Part shown: in pieces, positions 37,080 through 48,916 of the stretch
Position numbering within the stretch: the stretch's first letter is position 1
Layout of the letters: each line of letters begins with the position of its first letter
NCBI GenBank assembly: GCA_964016885.1
Contig: OZ024741.1
Coordinates: forward strand, 174,034,001 to 174,098,000
Direction: 5' to 3'
Source of the DNA: Eledone cirrhosa
Lineage: Eukaryota
DNA: 64,000 nt
Position numbers and translations under genes: made by a program
Notes under the pieces: model-generated
Told to the model about the DNA's origin: nothing
The model's database searches: none
What the model saw: the letters and a program-made list of their open reading frames with translations, nothing else

Positions 37080-37872
37080 GTAATTTTCTTAATTTCTATT
37101 ATTGTTTGTTTGTTGGTTTGTGTGTTTTATCTTTATTTTCTTTAACGATCTTTTCAATCTTATCTCTTATCTACTTTAACATTGACTCTCATTTTGTACC
37201 CACCACAATAACTGACAAATACACATGTTCAAACTCACACATTCACTATAAAATGAAAATGGTTGGTGATAGGAAGGGCATCCAGCTATAGAAATCATGT
37301 CAAAATTGGGACATATGTAAATGGAATGTGGACAGTAGATCTGAGTAAATTCTGACTTGGTGTGTGGAGACATGTCTAAACCATGCTAACAGGAAAAACA
37401 AACTGTGTATGTGTGTGCATGTGTGTGTACAATGGGCATCCTTACAGTCTCTGTCTACCGAGTTCCATTCACAAGATATTGGTCAGCCCGAGACTATAAT
37501 AGAAGACACTTGGTTGTGTGGCAAACATTTTACTTAAGCACATATTATGTCGTCATGTATGAAATTTGTAGAAATGTGTTTTTTTTTCTACAAATTTCAT
37601 ACTTGACAGCCCAATAGTTGTAACCTGTACTTATACAGCTATCACTGTCATTATAAAGCTATCATGCACCTACGCAGCTATTACTATACCTACATAACTA
37701 TCACTGTATCTACACAGCTATCACTATATCTACACATTAATCACTATCTACACAGCTATCTCTGTAGCTACCCAGTAGATCACTGTCTGTATGCAGCCGT
37801 CACTGTACATACACAGCCTTGACTGCCCTATCAGTTCTGAACATACATGCTTTTTTAAAATATTATTTTAAG

Positions 37873-38082
37873 GAATATAACGAAGTCCCAGATGACATGA
37901 GGTTTGACATGGAAACCCAAACTGAACTACATCAGACAGTAATTGATCTGCAGGATAAATTGTGGAGCATTTGTGATCAAGAAAAACTAGAGGCTGAGAG
38001 AGAATGCCATTCACTTATAACAAATGGCTGGTATGAAGATCAGTTGACAAAACTGTGTAACAGTTATCTTACTATAATGCAG
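37873..38082 (+). CDS. SPEF2: SPEF2-like exon (EYNEVPDDMRFDMETQTELHQTVIDLQDKLWSICD...SYLTIMQ)
   Basis: ttattttaag acceptor, gtatta donor; resembles SPEF2 'DEETKAELHQRVNDLRDRLWDICD'; phase 0/0. Confidence 0.92.
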
Positions 38083-39339
38083 GTATTATGTTAACCCTTT
38101 TTGTACCAACATGCTTGAAACTGCTCCTGATTCTATGATATAAAACTGTTTGTTTTATACTATTTATATTTATTTTAAAATCTTCCATCATTATTCTATG
38201 TAAGAATCTTTGTTAAGTTATGCTCCAACAAACTCCAGCTTAATGAAGAGAAAGTTATATTACTAAATCTCTACAAATTCTGGATTATTTTGTAAATTAT
38301 TTGAATATCATATGTAGTGTCTTTTGTTAGAAATAAAGTAATGAAATGGTTAAATGAAAGATTGAGTCAGGAGGCCAAAATAAAAGGTTGGTGAGAGGGT
38401 GATGCTGATGATAAAGAAAATTGAAAAAATTTGTTATGGGGCCTGCAGGATTAACCTCTACTTTAGCAAGGAAGTGGCTTTAAAATGCTTGTTGTTGTTT
38501 TACCCTTTTATTGGTTTCAGTCATTTGACTGTGGCCATTCTGGAACATCTTGAGTTTTAGTTGATTTTATCATTACCCTGTCAGTTAATCAAATTGATAC
38601 ATTACTGATTTATGTAACCATAATGCAAGTTAATGTTTTAAATTATTATAAACAACCATGAAACAATCTCTTGTCCTATGTATGGTAGGGTTGACAACTT
38701 TACCAAGCTACTTGATAAGGATGGGGATTTTTGCATACCCTACATAATATGCCAGTGATGAATGTATAATAATAGTAAAAATTATTGTGTACAGTGCTCA
38801 GGTGTACTACAACTCATCAAAGGTGCATGTATAGTACATAGGGATAATGTACAAATAGTGCATGAGTCATGATTTACACACAGACACATACACATACACA
38901 CATGCATGCATGTGTATGGAGGGGGAATATCAAGTGTAGTGTTGGCAAATTTCGAGAAGCATGGAAGTCCTGAGGGATGTCGTCTCCCAACAGCTAACAA
39001 CTAATGCAAGTAGTTTGTTCCATGTTGTGAAGAGAAGTGGAATGAAATGGTTGGGTCATGTGTTGCATTAGGATGACAGTGATTAGAGGAGAGGTGTAAT
39101 GGAAATGAATATGGAAGGAAGCAGAGGAAAAAGAAGACCAAGTAAGACATGACCAAATATGATGGAGGAGGAAATGAAAGTTAGGGAGTTGATAAGTGAA
39201 AGATGCACAGGATAGGGCAACATGGAGAAATTTATCACAGAGTCCACAAGGATATCCACTGCTTCAAGAGGGAAAATGGCTTTAAAATGTTTGTTGTTCT
39301 CTCTTGTGTTTATTGAAAAGATTTCAATTTATTTCCCAG

Positions 39340-39456
39340 GCTGAACTTGACCGTTTCCAGGACACAATCGCATTGCTCAAGGACTATTACAATATTCCAG
39401 ATAAGCTGGTTCCTTCGATAGCTGAACTGAATTTTTCAAGACTTCCACTTCTTGAG
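39340..39456 (+). CDS. SPEF2: SPEF2-like exon (AELDRFQDTIALLKDYY...SRLPLLE)
   Basis: atttcccag acceptor, gtaata donor; resembles SPEF2 'AELNRFQDTKRLLQDYY'; phase 0/0. Confidence 0.92.
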
Positions 39457-39463
39457 GTAATAA

Positions 39464-39792
39464 TTGTTTCTACTTTAGGCACAAGGCCAGCAATTACCCA
39501 GTACATTGCTGGTACTTTATTTTATCGACCCCGTAAGGATGAAAGGCAAAGTTAACCTTGGCGGGATGAGGTAATAATGGTTTCTGATTTAGGCACAAGG
39601 CCAATAATTTGGGGGGATTCGATAGTTAATTAAATCAACCCCAGTGCATTACTGGTACTTTATTTTATCAACTCCGTAAGGATGAAAGGCAAAGCTAACC
39701 TTGGCTGAATTTGAACTCAGAACATAAAGGGCCATAACTATGCCACTAAGCATGTTGTCTGATGCTCTACCGATTCTGCCAATCCACTGCCC
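39464..39792 (-). mobile_element. Two SINE family A copies inserted at the donor of exon 39340-39456
   Basis: Copies ~39464-39566 (truncated) and ~39580-39792; gaggtaataat-like target sequence repeated three times. Confidence 0.85.
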
Positions 39793-40566
39793 TCTTCTTG
39801 AAGTAATAATAAAAACCAAATGTTATGGGAAAGTGGACGGGTTGTATTATTCATAAAGCTGATTTAGCTGAAGCCAAGATGCTCTACAGGGATTAAGGGC
39901 ACTTCAATCTTTTTTTTTTGTTTTTGTTGTAGTGGGGTGAAAGATAGGAGTTGCAGAGGGGTGCCCAGAATACCTGAAAGCCTAGGTACCCAACCATGGG
40001 TTAATATGGCCCTGTTATGAGAAGTATTTGATTTGAATGATTCTGCAAAATATTACTGGTACTTGCTTATGCAACCTAAATGGTGCTGGGGTTTGCAAAG
40101 TTCACCCTGTAGAGATCTTAATGTAGAACCAGGAAAAGATGGAACTAAATGCTGTAAAAGGTTTTTTAAAAACTTAAGAAACAACTCTTAGGAATATCAC
40201 CATCACCACCACCATCATCATTCTTATATCCACTTTTCAATGTTGGCATGGTTTGGCCAAGACGTTTGAGGCAGTATTTCTATGGATGGATAACCTCCCA
40301 CTTGATAACCTATACTTTATTTTTAAGTTTGGTATATACCTTAAACCTTCGTTTAACCAAAACTAAGAGATGTATTATTTATGTGGGACATGAACAAATG
40401 TCACTGCTTGCTTTTAAGCAGTGTTGATATAAAGACACACAAAGACAGACATGTACACATACACATACTTTCATCATCATTTGTCCAACCCATGCAAACA
40501 TAGAGAAGCGGGTGTAAAAACGATGATGATAATGATATATATACATACACATAACTCAAGAACTGT

Positions 40567-40990
40567 TATAACGTTGATTAAGTGTCGCTGGAGATATTAT
40601 TATATTTATCGATTCAGAAGACAATGACAAAAACAACATAATCCGTTATAACAAAAATTCCCTTTTATTTGTTGTACAAATATGGAATCAAAAATAACAA
40701 GAGAAGGTTGAGCAAGTCTTTACACCGTGTTGGCTGCATATTCCAGTGGAGATGTGAAAGAATGTGGCATATCAAATGTCGGACGTCTTGATGCTGGTCG
40801 TTCAGTGAACTCTGTCTCTCTGCCTGTCAGCCAACTGTGTCGTTGGTCCAAGTAGTCCAGTAACTTGACTCGATCCGCTGAGAGCCCTGATTGGCTACTT
40901 CAGCCAATTCACCTCTGTGACACCATTCTTCCGCCAAAGGAAAATACATTTAATCACAAAGGAAAATACATAATAATTCTGTTCACTACA
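40567..40990 (-). repeat. 3' LTR
   Basis: Direct repeat of 45775-46199; preceded on the minus strand by PPT-like aaacggagggtac. Confidence 0.95.
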
Positions 40991-43900
40991 GTACCCTCCG
41001 TTTAGATCGAAGATTGATATCAATACATGAGTAGTGCTAAATATGCAATATGTCTACATGACATCAAACAATAAAAAATCATTGGGTACACCGAGAAAAC
41101 ACATGCATGAATACAACCAAGAAAAATGAAACATAACATAATTGAACAAGCAAAAGTAATTGTTTATATAAGAGTCAAAAGTTTGAACAATATCACAGTT
41201 CATATATAGATTGTTTTACTCAACCTCTGAGGCCAATGCACTCTACGGCCACTACGAGTCGTCGTAACACATGTGGGTGAAGGTAATGAAGGTGTGTGTG
41301 ATATTGTGGGGGAGTATGCTTGTGAAGGTTCAACATGCAATGTATTGTATGTAGGGGGTGTTTGGGGTTCAACTGGTGGAGCGTCTGTAAAGGCCTGTTT
41401 AATCCTATCTACTGAAACTGTGTTTCCTACCACAAACGTCTATGGTAAAAAATTTGTCCGTTTTTGCCAGGACACAGTAGGGTCCTGTATAGGGTGGCAC
41501 AAGTGGTCCTTTCACTGAGTCCAAGAAGTAATTTTTTTAGGAACCAAAGATTTAATCGTCTGTTGACGTGTTCCCATAGGCGGAAGATCGTTGAAATATG
41601 ATCGCAAATAGTTAATATATAACGTAGGATCTTCCCGCGATGCGTCGACTGGGACTAACATCTGTCCCGGCAAGGATAAAGGTGTTCCGTACAGCATTTC
41701 CGCTGGGGAATATCCAAGATCCTCCCTGACCACCGCGCGACAGCCAAGAAGAACAATTGGTAGATATTCACTCCATTTTTGCTGGTTGGGATAAGCACGC
41801 AATGCTGCTTTTAATTGTCGATGAAAGTGTTCTATCATTCCATTTGATGCCGGATGGTAACTAGTAGTTCTAATCCGATGTATCCCTAAGATTTTAGAAA
41901 GTTCATGGAAGAGATGTGATTCAAATTGTCCGCCACGGTCAGTGGTGATCGTGGAAGGGACACCGTATCGTGAAATCCAGCTAGACATCAGAGCTCGTGC
42001 TACCGATTCTGCTGAAATCTCTTCGAGAGGAATGGCTTCAGGCCAACGTGTAAAACAGTCGATACACGTAAGAAGGTATGTATATCCATGACTGACCAGC
42101 CAAGGTCCAACTAGGTCGATATGAATATGGTCAAAGCGGGCATCAGGAGCGTTGAATATGCCCAGAGGTGCTCGAATGTGTTTGTGCACCTTAGACTTCT
42201 GGCAAGGTACGCAGGAACGAGATCATGCAGTGATATCTCGTCTCATATTTGGCCAAAAGAATCTAGCCGTAATGAGTTTCACTGATGAATGGATTCCAGG
42301 GTATGAAAGGCTGTGTAACGTGTCGAAAACTGTTCGCCGATGAAGTTCCGGAACGAAGGGTCAAGGTGAATCAGTCGATATGTCACACAGGATGCTTGTG
42401 TCAGAATTGTGTACAGGTAATTGTTTGAATTTGCATGTTGCAAATTCGGTTGCAGATAAATCCAAATCGTCCAAAGCAGGCTGGTCAGCAGCGAGCAAAC
42501 GTAGATCAATATCAGTTTTTGTCGATAGTGAGTTGATAGGTAAACGAGATAATGCATCTGCCGCTAAATTCTGTGATCCAGGAATATGGTGTATATCACT
42601 AGTGAATTGTGATACATAATCTAAATGTCGAGTTTCACGTGGCGAGTATCTTTCGGGTTTCGCTTTGAGAGCAAATGTCAAAGGACGATGGTCCGTGAAA
42701 ATCGTAAACTGGCGTCCTTCCAACGAATGCTGGAAGTGTTTGATTGCCAAGTACATCGCTAACAGTTCTCTGCCGAAAGTACTGTATCGGGTTTCAGCGG
42801 GTTTAAGCTGTTTTGAGAAATATGCAAGCGGTTGCATCTTCTGGTTGTGGTACTGTTGCAAAACTGCACCTACTGCTGTGCCTTAATGCATCAACAACCA
42901 GTGAAAACTGGGCATCAGGCACAAGATGTGCAAGCAGGGTGATATCAGCTAATTCCTGTTTCACTCTGGAATAACCTTCAAGTTGAGCAGGGGCTAAAGA
43001 AATAGGTTCGTTTTTCTTTTTCGATTCCACAAGAGTTCAGAAAGAGGTGCTATGCCCTCAGCACAATGTGGAATAAATTGACGGTAATAATTTAGCAGTC
43101 CCAAGAACTGACGTAATTGACGTAATGATGTAGGAGGAGGTAATTCCTGAAGAGCTTTCACTTTATCCGGTGGAGGTGATATGCCTGTAGGACTAGTGAT
43201 GTGTCCTAGAAAAACTAGCGAAAACGCACCAAATATACACTTCGCGGGGGTTAATGCGAACTTGGTACTTCTTAAAACGTTGAAATAACAAACGAAGGTG
43301 TTTAACATGTTCCTTTGGAGATCTGCTAGCAACGAGTACGTCGTCTATATAGCAGTAAACAAAATCCAGGTCTCTGGTGATTTCGTCCATGAAGCGTTGA
43401 AAGGTACTAGCGGCATTGTGTAGACCAAAGGGCATTGTTAGGAACTCAAAAGCACCAAAGGGTGTAGTGATAACAGTCTTTGGAATATCCGCTGGATTAA
43501 GTGACATCTGATGATACGCTCTGACTAAATCCAGTTTAGAAAAAACTGTGCATCCATGTAAGGAAGAAGCAAAATCCTGAATGTGTGGGATCGGATAGCG
43601 ATCAGGTACAGTTATCGCGTTTAATCGGCGAAAGTCCCCAGTGGGACGCCAATTGCCGGAACGCTTTGGAACCAAATGCAAAGGAGAAGCCCACGGACTG
43701 GAGGAAGGGCATATGATCCCCAGCTGTAGCAAGTGGTTAAATTCAGCCTTCGCCGCTTTCAATTTCTCTGCAGGGAGGCGGCGAGAGCGTGAAAATACAG
43801 GAGCACCAGAAGTTTCAATATAATGTTTTGTGGAGGGAGTAGGCTTGCTCACCACAAAATTCAAATTTGTCAATTCTGGGAAGGAATTTAGAAGCGACTG

Positions 43901-45752
43901 GAAAGGGTCCTCAGAAGCGGCGATAAAGAATACCAGGCTGATAGATGAGACAGTAGATTTCAAACCCGGAACTGAGAGTTCCATATTAGCATCCAACAAC
44001 CGGCGTCTGCGCATATCCACTAAGAGGTTATAGTGGTGCAGGAAATCCGAGCCTAGAATAGGGTAAGGCAAATCAGCGACTGTGAAAATCCACGTGAAGT
44101 CTCTTCACAATTCTAGGTTCAAAGAACAAGAAATTTGACTATACGTGGAGATAGGAGAATGATTTACAGCTTGCAGAGAAATGGATGAAACTGGCGGCTT
44201 CTCTTTGAGAAGTTTTAGCTGCCATATGCTGCAAGCAGCGTCTGTATCCACCAGACATCAAGCTTGGGAAAACGTGTCAGTTATAAAGAATGCACGATTA
44301 TTTGGGAGTGTCAGAAGAGACTGTGCCGTGCTCAGGTCTCCTGAAATTCGTTTCCCTGGTTGGAAAAGGAACAGGGCTGTGTACAACAGCATGCTGCCGC
44401 ACCAAAACAGCTGTGATAGTAGCACAGTCCTGGTTTGTTTGTGTGGCGGCGGCGTGGCGAGGGCGAACGGCTCTATAGACGTCGTCTGGGCGATTGAGCC
44501 CTGGAGAAACTCAATCTTCTCACCTCTTTGGTGAGTTGTGCTATGGCTTGAAGAATTGCCGTAGACGTGAGTGACTGATCGGTGTGAACGGCAGCTGCTG
44601 GAGAGAACGAAGAGACCTCAGCCGGCAGCTAAGGTGTAGCGAAGGAGGCAGGCTTTCCTGTGAAACTCATTATTTTGTCCGCCGAAGACGCCAGTTGCTC
44701 GACTGAGCTAGTCTCCATCATAGGCGCCAATATCGCCTGGACATTGGGCGGCAGCCTCGAAAAGAGGGCGCTGTCAGCTGCAGCGTCCTCCACCAGTTCT
44801 TTCATTCGACGCAGGAACTGGCTCGGCATCCGATCACCCAAATGCTCGTCATTTACTAGGGTTTGAAATCTCCTCTCTGCGGACAACGTGGTACGCCGCA
44901 GAACCTCACGCTTAATGCTCTCATAGGTGGCTCCAGGGGCCGGATCAGTAATCAGATCCTTAACAACTGTCGTTAAAGACGCCAGGATAGCACTCAAAAG
45001 AATATGTAGTTGTCTGTCTTCGGACATTATACCATTCGCAGCAAAATGCGATTCAATCTGTGCGAACCAGACACGGACGTCTCCTGCAAACGCTGGCAAT
45101 GCAGTGCTACCCATCGTGAATTAACGTATGCCAGTAAGCAATAGATAACAACAGGGAAAATGCAGGCCAAAAGGAATCCAAGGGAGAAGAAAAATATAAA
45201 ATAAAAACAATGATATTTTCTTTCACTGTTGAAGAGACAAATGTTAAGAATAAAAAAAAAATTTTCTTTTCTTTCATATTTTTCAAAATGCCGTTGCCCT
45301 AAAGTCAATTTGGCGGGAAAACAAAAGAAGAAGACGGATGTCGACCATTGCGAGCTCTCCGGAAATGAAGGCAAAGATCTTTTTTTCCTTTTTTTTTTAA
45401 TATGGCGTCATCCAATGAGAATTTGGGCGGGAAACATGAATTTTGAAGAAGAAAGCTGGCGCCATGATGGATTTCCCGTGCAATATTTATATTTCGAGAC
45501 AGTGAAAAAAATAAATACCATAACTCACGCTGTCGCGTATATTTCCCGAGAAATCCATATGAATTTTTATTTTTTTTTATTTTTTTTTTTATTCATATAT
45601 TTCGATCGAACTGCTGCTATGGTATGCATCCATCAGAGAGAGAAAAAATTTTGTTGTCCATAATTTTCTTGTTATCGGTTCCAAATTTTTTACTTTTATA
45701 TAAAGTAAATCCGTATCACCATTTATTATGTAGAGTGGTAAGTGGCATGTTG

Positions 45753-45772
45753 ATCACGTCAAGAGGTCACCA
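45753..45772 (-). promoter_or_regulatory. Primer-binding site, tRNA-Trp-like
   Basis: Minus strand TGGTGACCTCTTGACGTGAT 2 nt after the LTR; resembles the TGGTGACCCCGACGTGAT Trp PBS. Confidence 0.8.
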
Positions 45773-45774
45773 TT

Positions 45775-46199
45775 TATAACGTTGATTAAGTGTCGCTGGA
45801 GATATTATTATATTTATCGATTCAGAAGGCAATGACAAAAACTACATAATCCGTTATAACAAAAATTCCCTTTTATTTGTTGTACAAATATGGAATCGAA
45901 AATAACAAGAGAATGTTGAGCAAGTCTTCACATTGTGTTGGCTGCATATTCCAGTGGAGATGTGAAAGAATGTGGCATATCAAATGTCTGACGTCTTGAT
46001 GCTGGTCGTTCAGTGAACTCTGTGTCTCTCTGCCTGTCAGCCAACTGTGTCGTTGGTCCAAGTAGTCCAACAACTTGTCTCGATCCGCTGAGGGCCCTGA
46101 TTGGCTACTTCAGCCAATTCACTCTGTGACACCATTCTTCCGCCAAAGGAAAATACATTTAATCACAAAAGAAAATACATAATAATTCTGTTTACTACA
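45775..46199 (-). repeat. 5' LTR
   Basis: About 14 substitutions and 2 small indels versus the 3' LTR by manual comparison. Confidence 0.95.
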
Positions 46200-46508
46200 C
46201 TGTAACGATAGTGAAATGGATCTGCTACCCTTACCCTGATGCTGAACAAGCTTAAAATACTCACAGCAAGGCTAAATATATGTTTGTTATATGTAAACAT
46301 ATTGTATATAGGTTTATACATGCCTTTATAAAAATGATTATTTGGGAAAGCTGATACAATGCAAACTAAAAATAAATTAGGGAAGGCATCCAGCTGTAGA
46401 AACCAAGCTCAAAGCAGGACATACAAGCAAGATGCAGTCACTTGACCAGTCTCGCCTCAGTACATGACAATCTGTCTAAGCCATGCAAGCATAGAAAATA
46501 GATGTTAA

Positions 46509-47595
46509 CCTTTTAGCATTCACATTAATTTATCAAATGTCATGTTTATCTATTCACATTATTTTGAGTTAATCATACTCAAGAGGGTTATAAATTTTAT
46601 TTGTTTGTAATTTTCTTAATTTTCTATATGTAGGTTTGAAATTTTGTCAGTAGATGTTTAAATATCAATAATGTAAATTATATAATTTTACATGATTTTT
46701 TTTGGTCAAATTTGACTTTTATGGACAGGTGAAATTAATTAATAGGGGCATTTGAAGTATCAACCAGGTGCAAATACTGGTTTAATTTTAAATATGTTGT
46801 TTTCGGCATAATACTTGATATATAAGGATCACTAAACCTTATATCAGTGTACCAGTAATTCCACAGTCTTGGAAATTGTTTTATACGGAACATAATATTT
46901 ACGGTAAAAAATGCTTGCATTTCCGCAGCATCTGTCAGTCGCCAAACAGATCGGGTTTTCCTTGATTTGAAATCTGTTGTTGGGCATATCGATTAGTCTC
47001 TTCTGCCACAACTTTGAAGAAAGTTTGTGGTAAAAACAAAAAGAAATAATCCAGTGCTTTAGCATCGGGAGCTAATGTGTGTTGTAGACCGGTATTTTGA
47101 ATAAAATCGGGAACATATATTAGTGTGGTATTTTTCAACCACGTTGCTGTAATATTTTCAATGGCGTCCTGGAGACCTCCTTTGTTTTCACTTTCAAAAC
47201 AATCATCGTCGGACGAAATTTCAGAAGTATAAACATCAGATTCATTTGAAGATAAATCACTAATATTATCGTTTGTTTCTTGTTTATTCTGTCTGTTTTC
47301 GTGTGTAAAACCTTCAAAGTCGGTATCACTACTTTCATAAGCTATGTTGATACAAAAAAAATTTGTTGCACTTTCAAAGTTAAAAAAACACTAAGTTGTT
47401 TCACTATATTAAGTGTTAATTTTCGTGGTAAGAGCCTAATCTTGCAGCAGTCTCGAATTGACGAGATTTTGATGATGGTTTGTTTATTTTTAGAACGATT
47501 TTTTAGTGTGGGTGTTTTCGGGTGATTTCAGGCGGTTTGAACAAATGAAGGGGAAATCATTTCAGGAGATTTCGGGCGGTTTGAACACTAAAGGG
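46509..47595 (-). mobile_element. piggyBac deletion derivative with N-terminal transposase remnant (PGBD-like)
   Basis: ttaa|ccttttagcattc...gaacactaaaggg|ttaa; LDYFFLFL..VAEETNRYAQQ, LWNYW..YISSIMP..YLHLVD; subterminal direct repeat gatttc(a/g)ggcggtttgaaca x2. Confidence 0.88.
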
Positions 47596-47664
47596 TTAAA
47601 CAGTGATGATGATGTTGAAAGTGAAAACTAGAGTAAAGCAAGAACTACCAAACAGACAAAGAAA

Positions 47665-48119
47665 AAAACAGAAAAGTCTGTTTGTATAGAAAGCCATGCA
47701 ATCAAGTGGGTTAGATTGCCAAGGTAATAATCAGAAGAGAATCGAGAGACAAAGCAAAATAAAAGAAAAGATAAGCAATTGAAAGTTACCGTAGCAATTT
47801 ATTATTTCCAAAATCTTTTGGATTAACCATCCATTATCAAAGGGGATCCATAGGGGAACATTGGAGGAAAAAGTAAAAAATAAATGATCACCAAGAAGAA
47901 AAATCTCAATTTTCTTTCTCCAAAGCTCCCCCTACGGACTCCCCTTGATATGGATGGTTAATCCGAAAGATTTCAGGAATAATAAATTACTAAGGTAACT
48001 TTCAATCACTAGTCCTTTCTTTTATTTTGCTTTCTCTCTCATTTTCCTTCTGATTATTACCTTGGCAATCTAACCCACTTGTATTGCATGGCTTTCTATA
48101 GAAGCAGAATTTTCAGTTT
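47665..48119. repeat. Long fold-back repeat, arms ~210 bp (47665-47875 and 47905-48119)
   Basis: tatagaaagccatgcaatcaagtgggttagattgccaaggtaataatcagaag versus cttctgattattaccttggcaatctaacccacttgtattgcatggctttctata; gattaaccatcca versus tggatggttaatc. Confidence 0.9.
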
Positions 48120-48743
48120 CATACTCCACAATGCTTCAAGAAAACTATCACACCTTATTAAAAACAAAAACAGCCTACACTTTTACCTTATATTTCATGT
48201 TATTTCATTGCCAAACCACACTCCATTTTCTTTGTTTTGAAAAAGGGATCCTAACCTTGAAATACTACAACATGTAAGGTAGAAGTTTTTGTGTTTTTTA
48301 CTTTATTCTATTCTAGAGTGAAAGCGGATAACCTAGTGGTTAGGGTGTTGAACATACATTCCTGGTCTAAGTGGTGCAAAACACTTCATTTCAAGTCACT
48401 TCAGTACATTCAGCTGTAAATGAGTACCAACAGTAACTGGGGTTTAATCCTGCAATGGACTGCAGTTCTGTCCTGGGGAAAGTCTTGTACTCTTAGTCAC
48501 ATAACACCAATGATAAATAAAACCAGGGATAAATACCAGCTTGATAAACCTGTAACTTTCTTTTTAACTCTACTCTAGTTTTCACTCTTGTATTTCTAAT
48601 TTGCATTTTACCAGCTTTCCCAAAACAGATATAACAACATATCTCCACAACCCTTCATCTATCTAAACTGTACTGTTTTATGAAAATGTTGATTTCATTT
48701 TGTAAGTCATATAATGAAAATAAATTTTCTGTTTCTCTAAAAG

Positions 48744-48916
48744 TCAGGTACACTTGATATTCTCACGGAGAATGACAATTCGCAAGATCTAAAGACAATG
48801 AAAGATAGAGCAAGCTCCCGGACCTCATCAAAACAGACAAAGAAAGGAAAAGATAAAGAAAAGGAGGAAGATAAATCTGAAATCACTGAGCCTATATCTA
48901 TTGTTATTCGAATGAA
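48744..48916 (+). CDS. SPEF2: SPEF2-like exon (SGTLDILTENDNSQDLK...KKGKDKEKEEDKSEITEPISIVIRM)
   Basis: Open K/E-rich frame with gtaagt donor; phase-compatible acceptor is ctctaaaag at 48743 (alternative cag 4 nt downstream). Confidence 0.7.

Larger units (their letters stand above)
40567..46199 (-). mobile_element. Full-length decayed Gypsy/Ty3 LTR retrotransposon (gag-PR-RT-RH-IN)
   Basis: Two ~425-bp LTRs; CTGT TSD (40563-40566 and 46200-46203); gag 44629-45114; RT YIDD (43193-44071); RH ETRYSTFGRELLA; IN HIDLVGP..TDRG..SNGMIE; frameshifts and stops. Confidence 0.97.

Noticed and set aside
46735-47338. Domesticated PGBD gene
   Set aside because: Frameshifted, lacks the catalytic core, and is still bounded by TIRs and TTAA.
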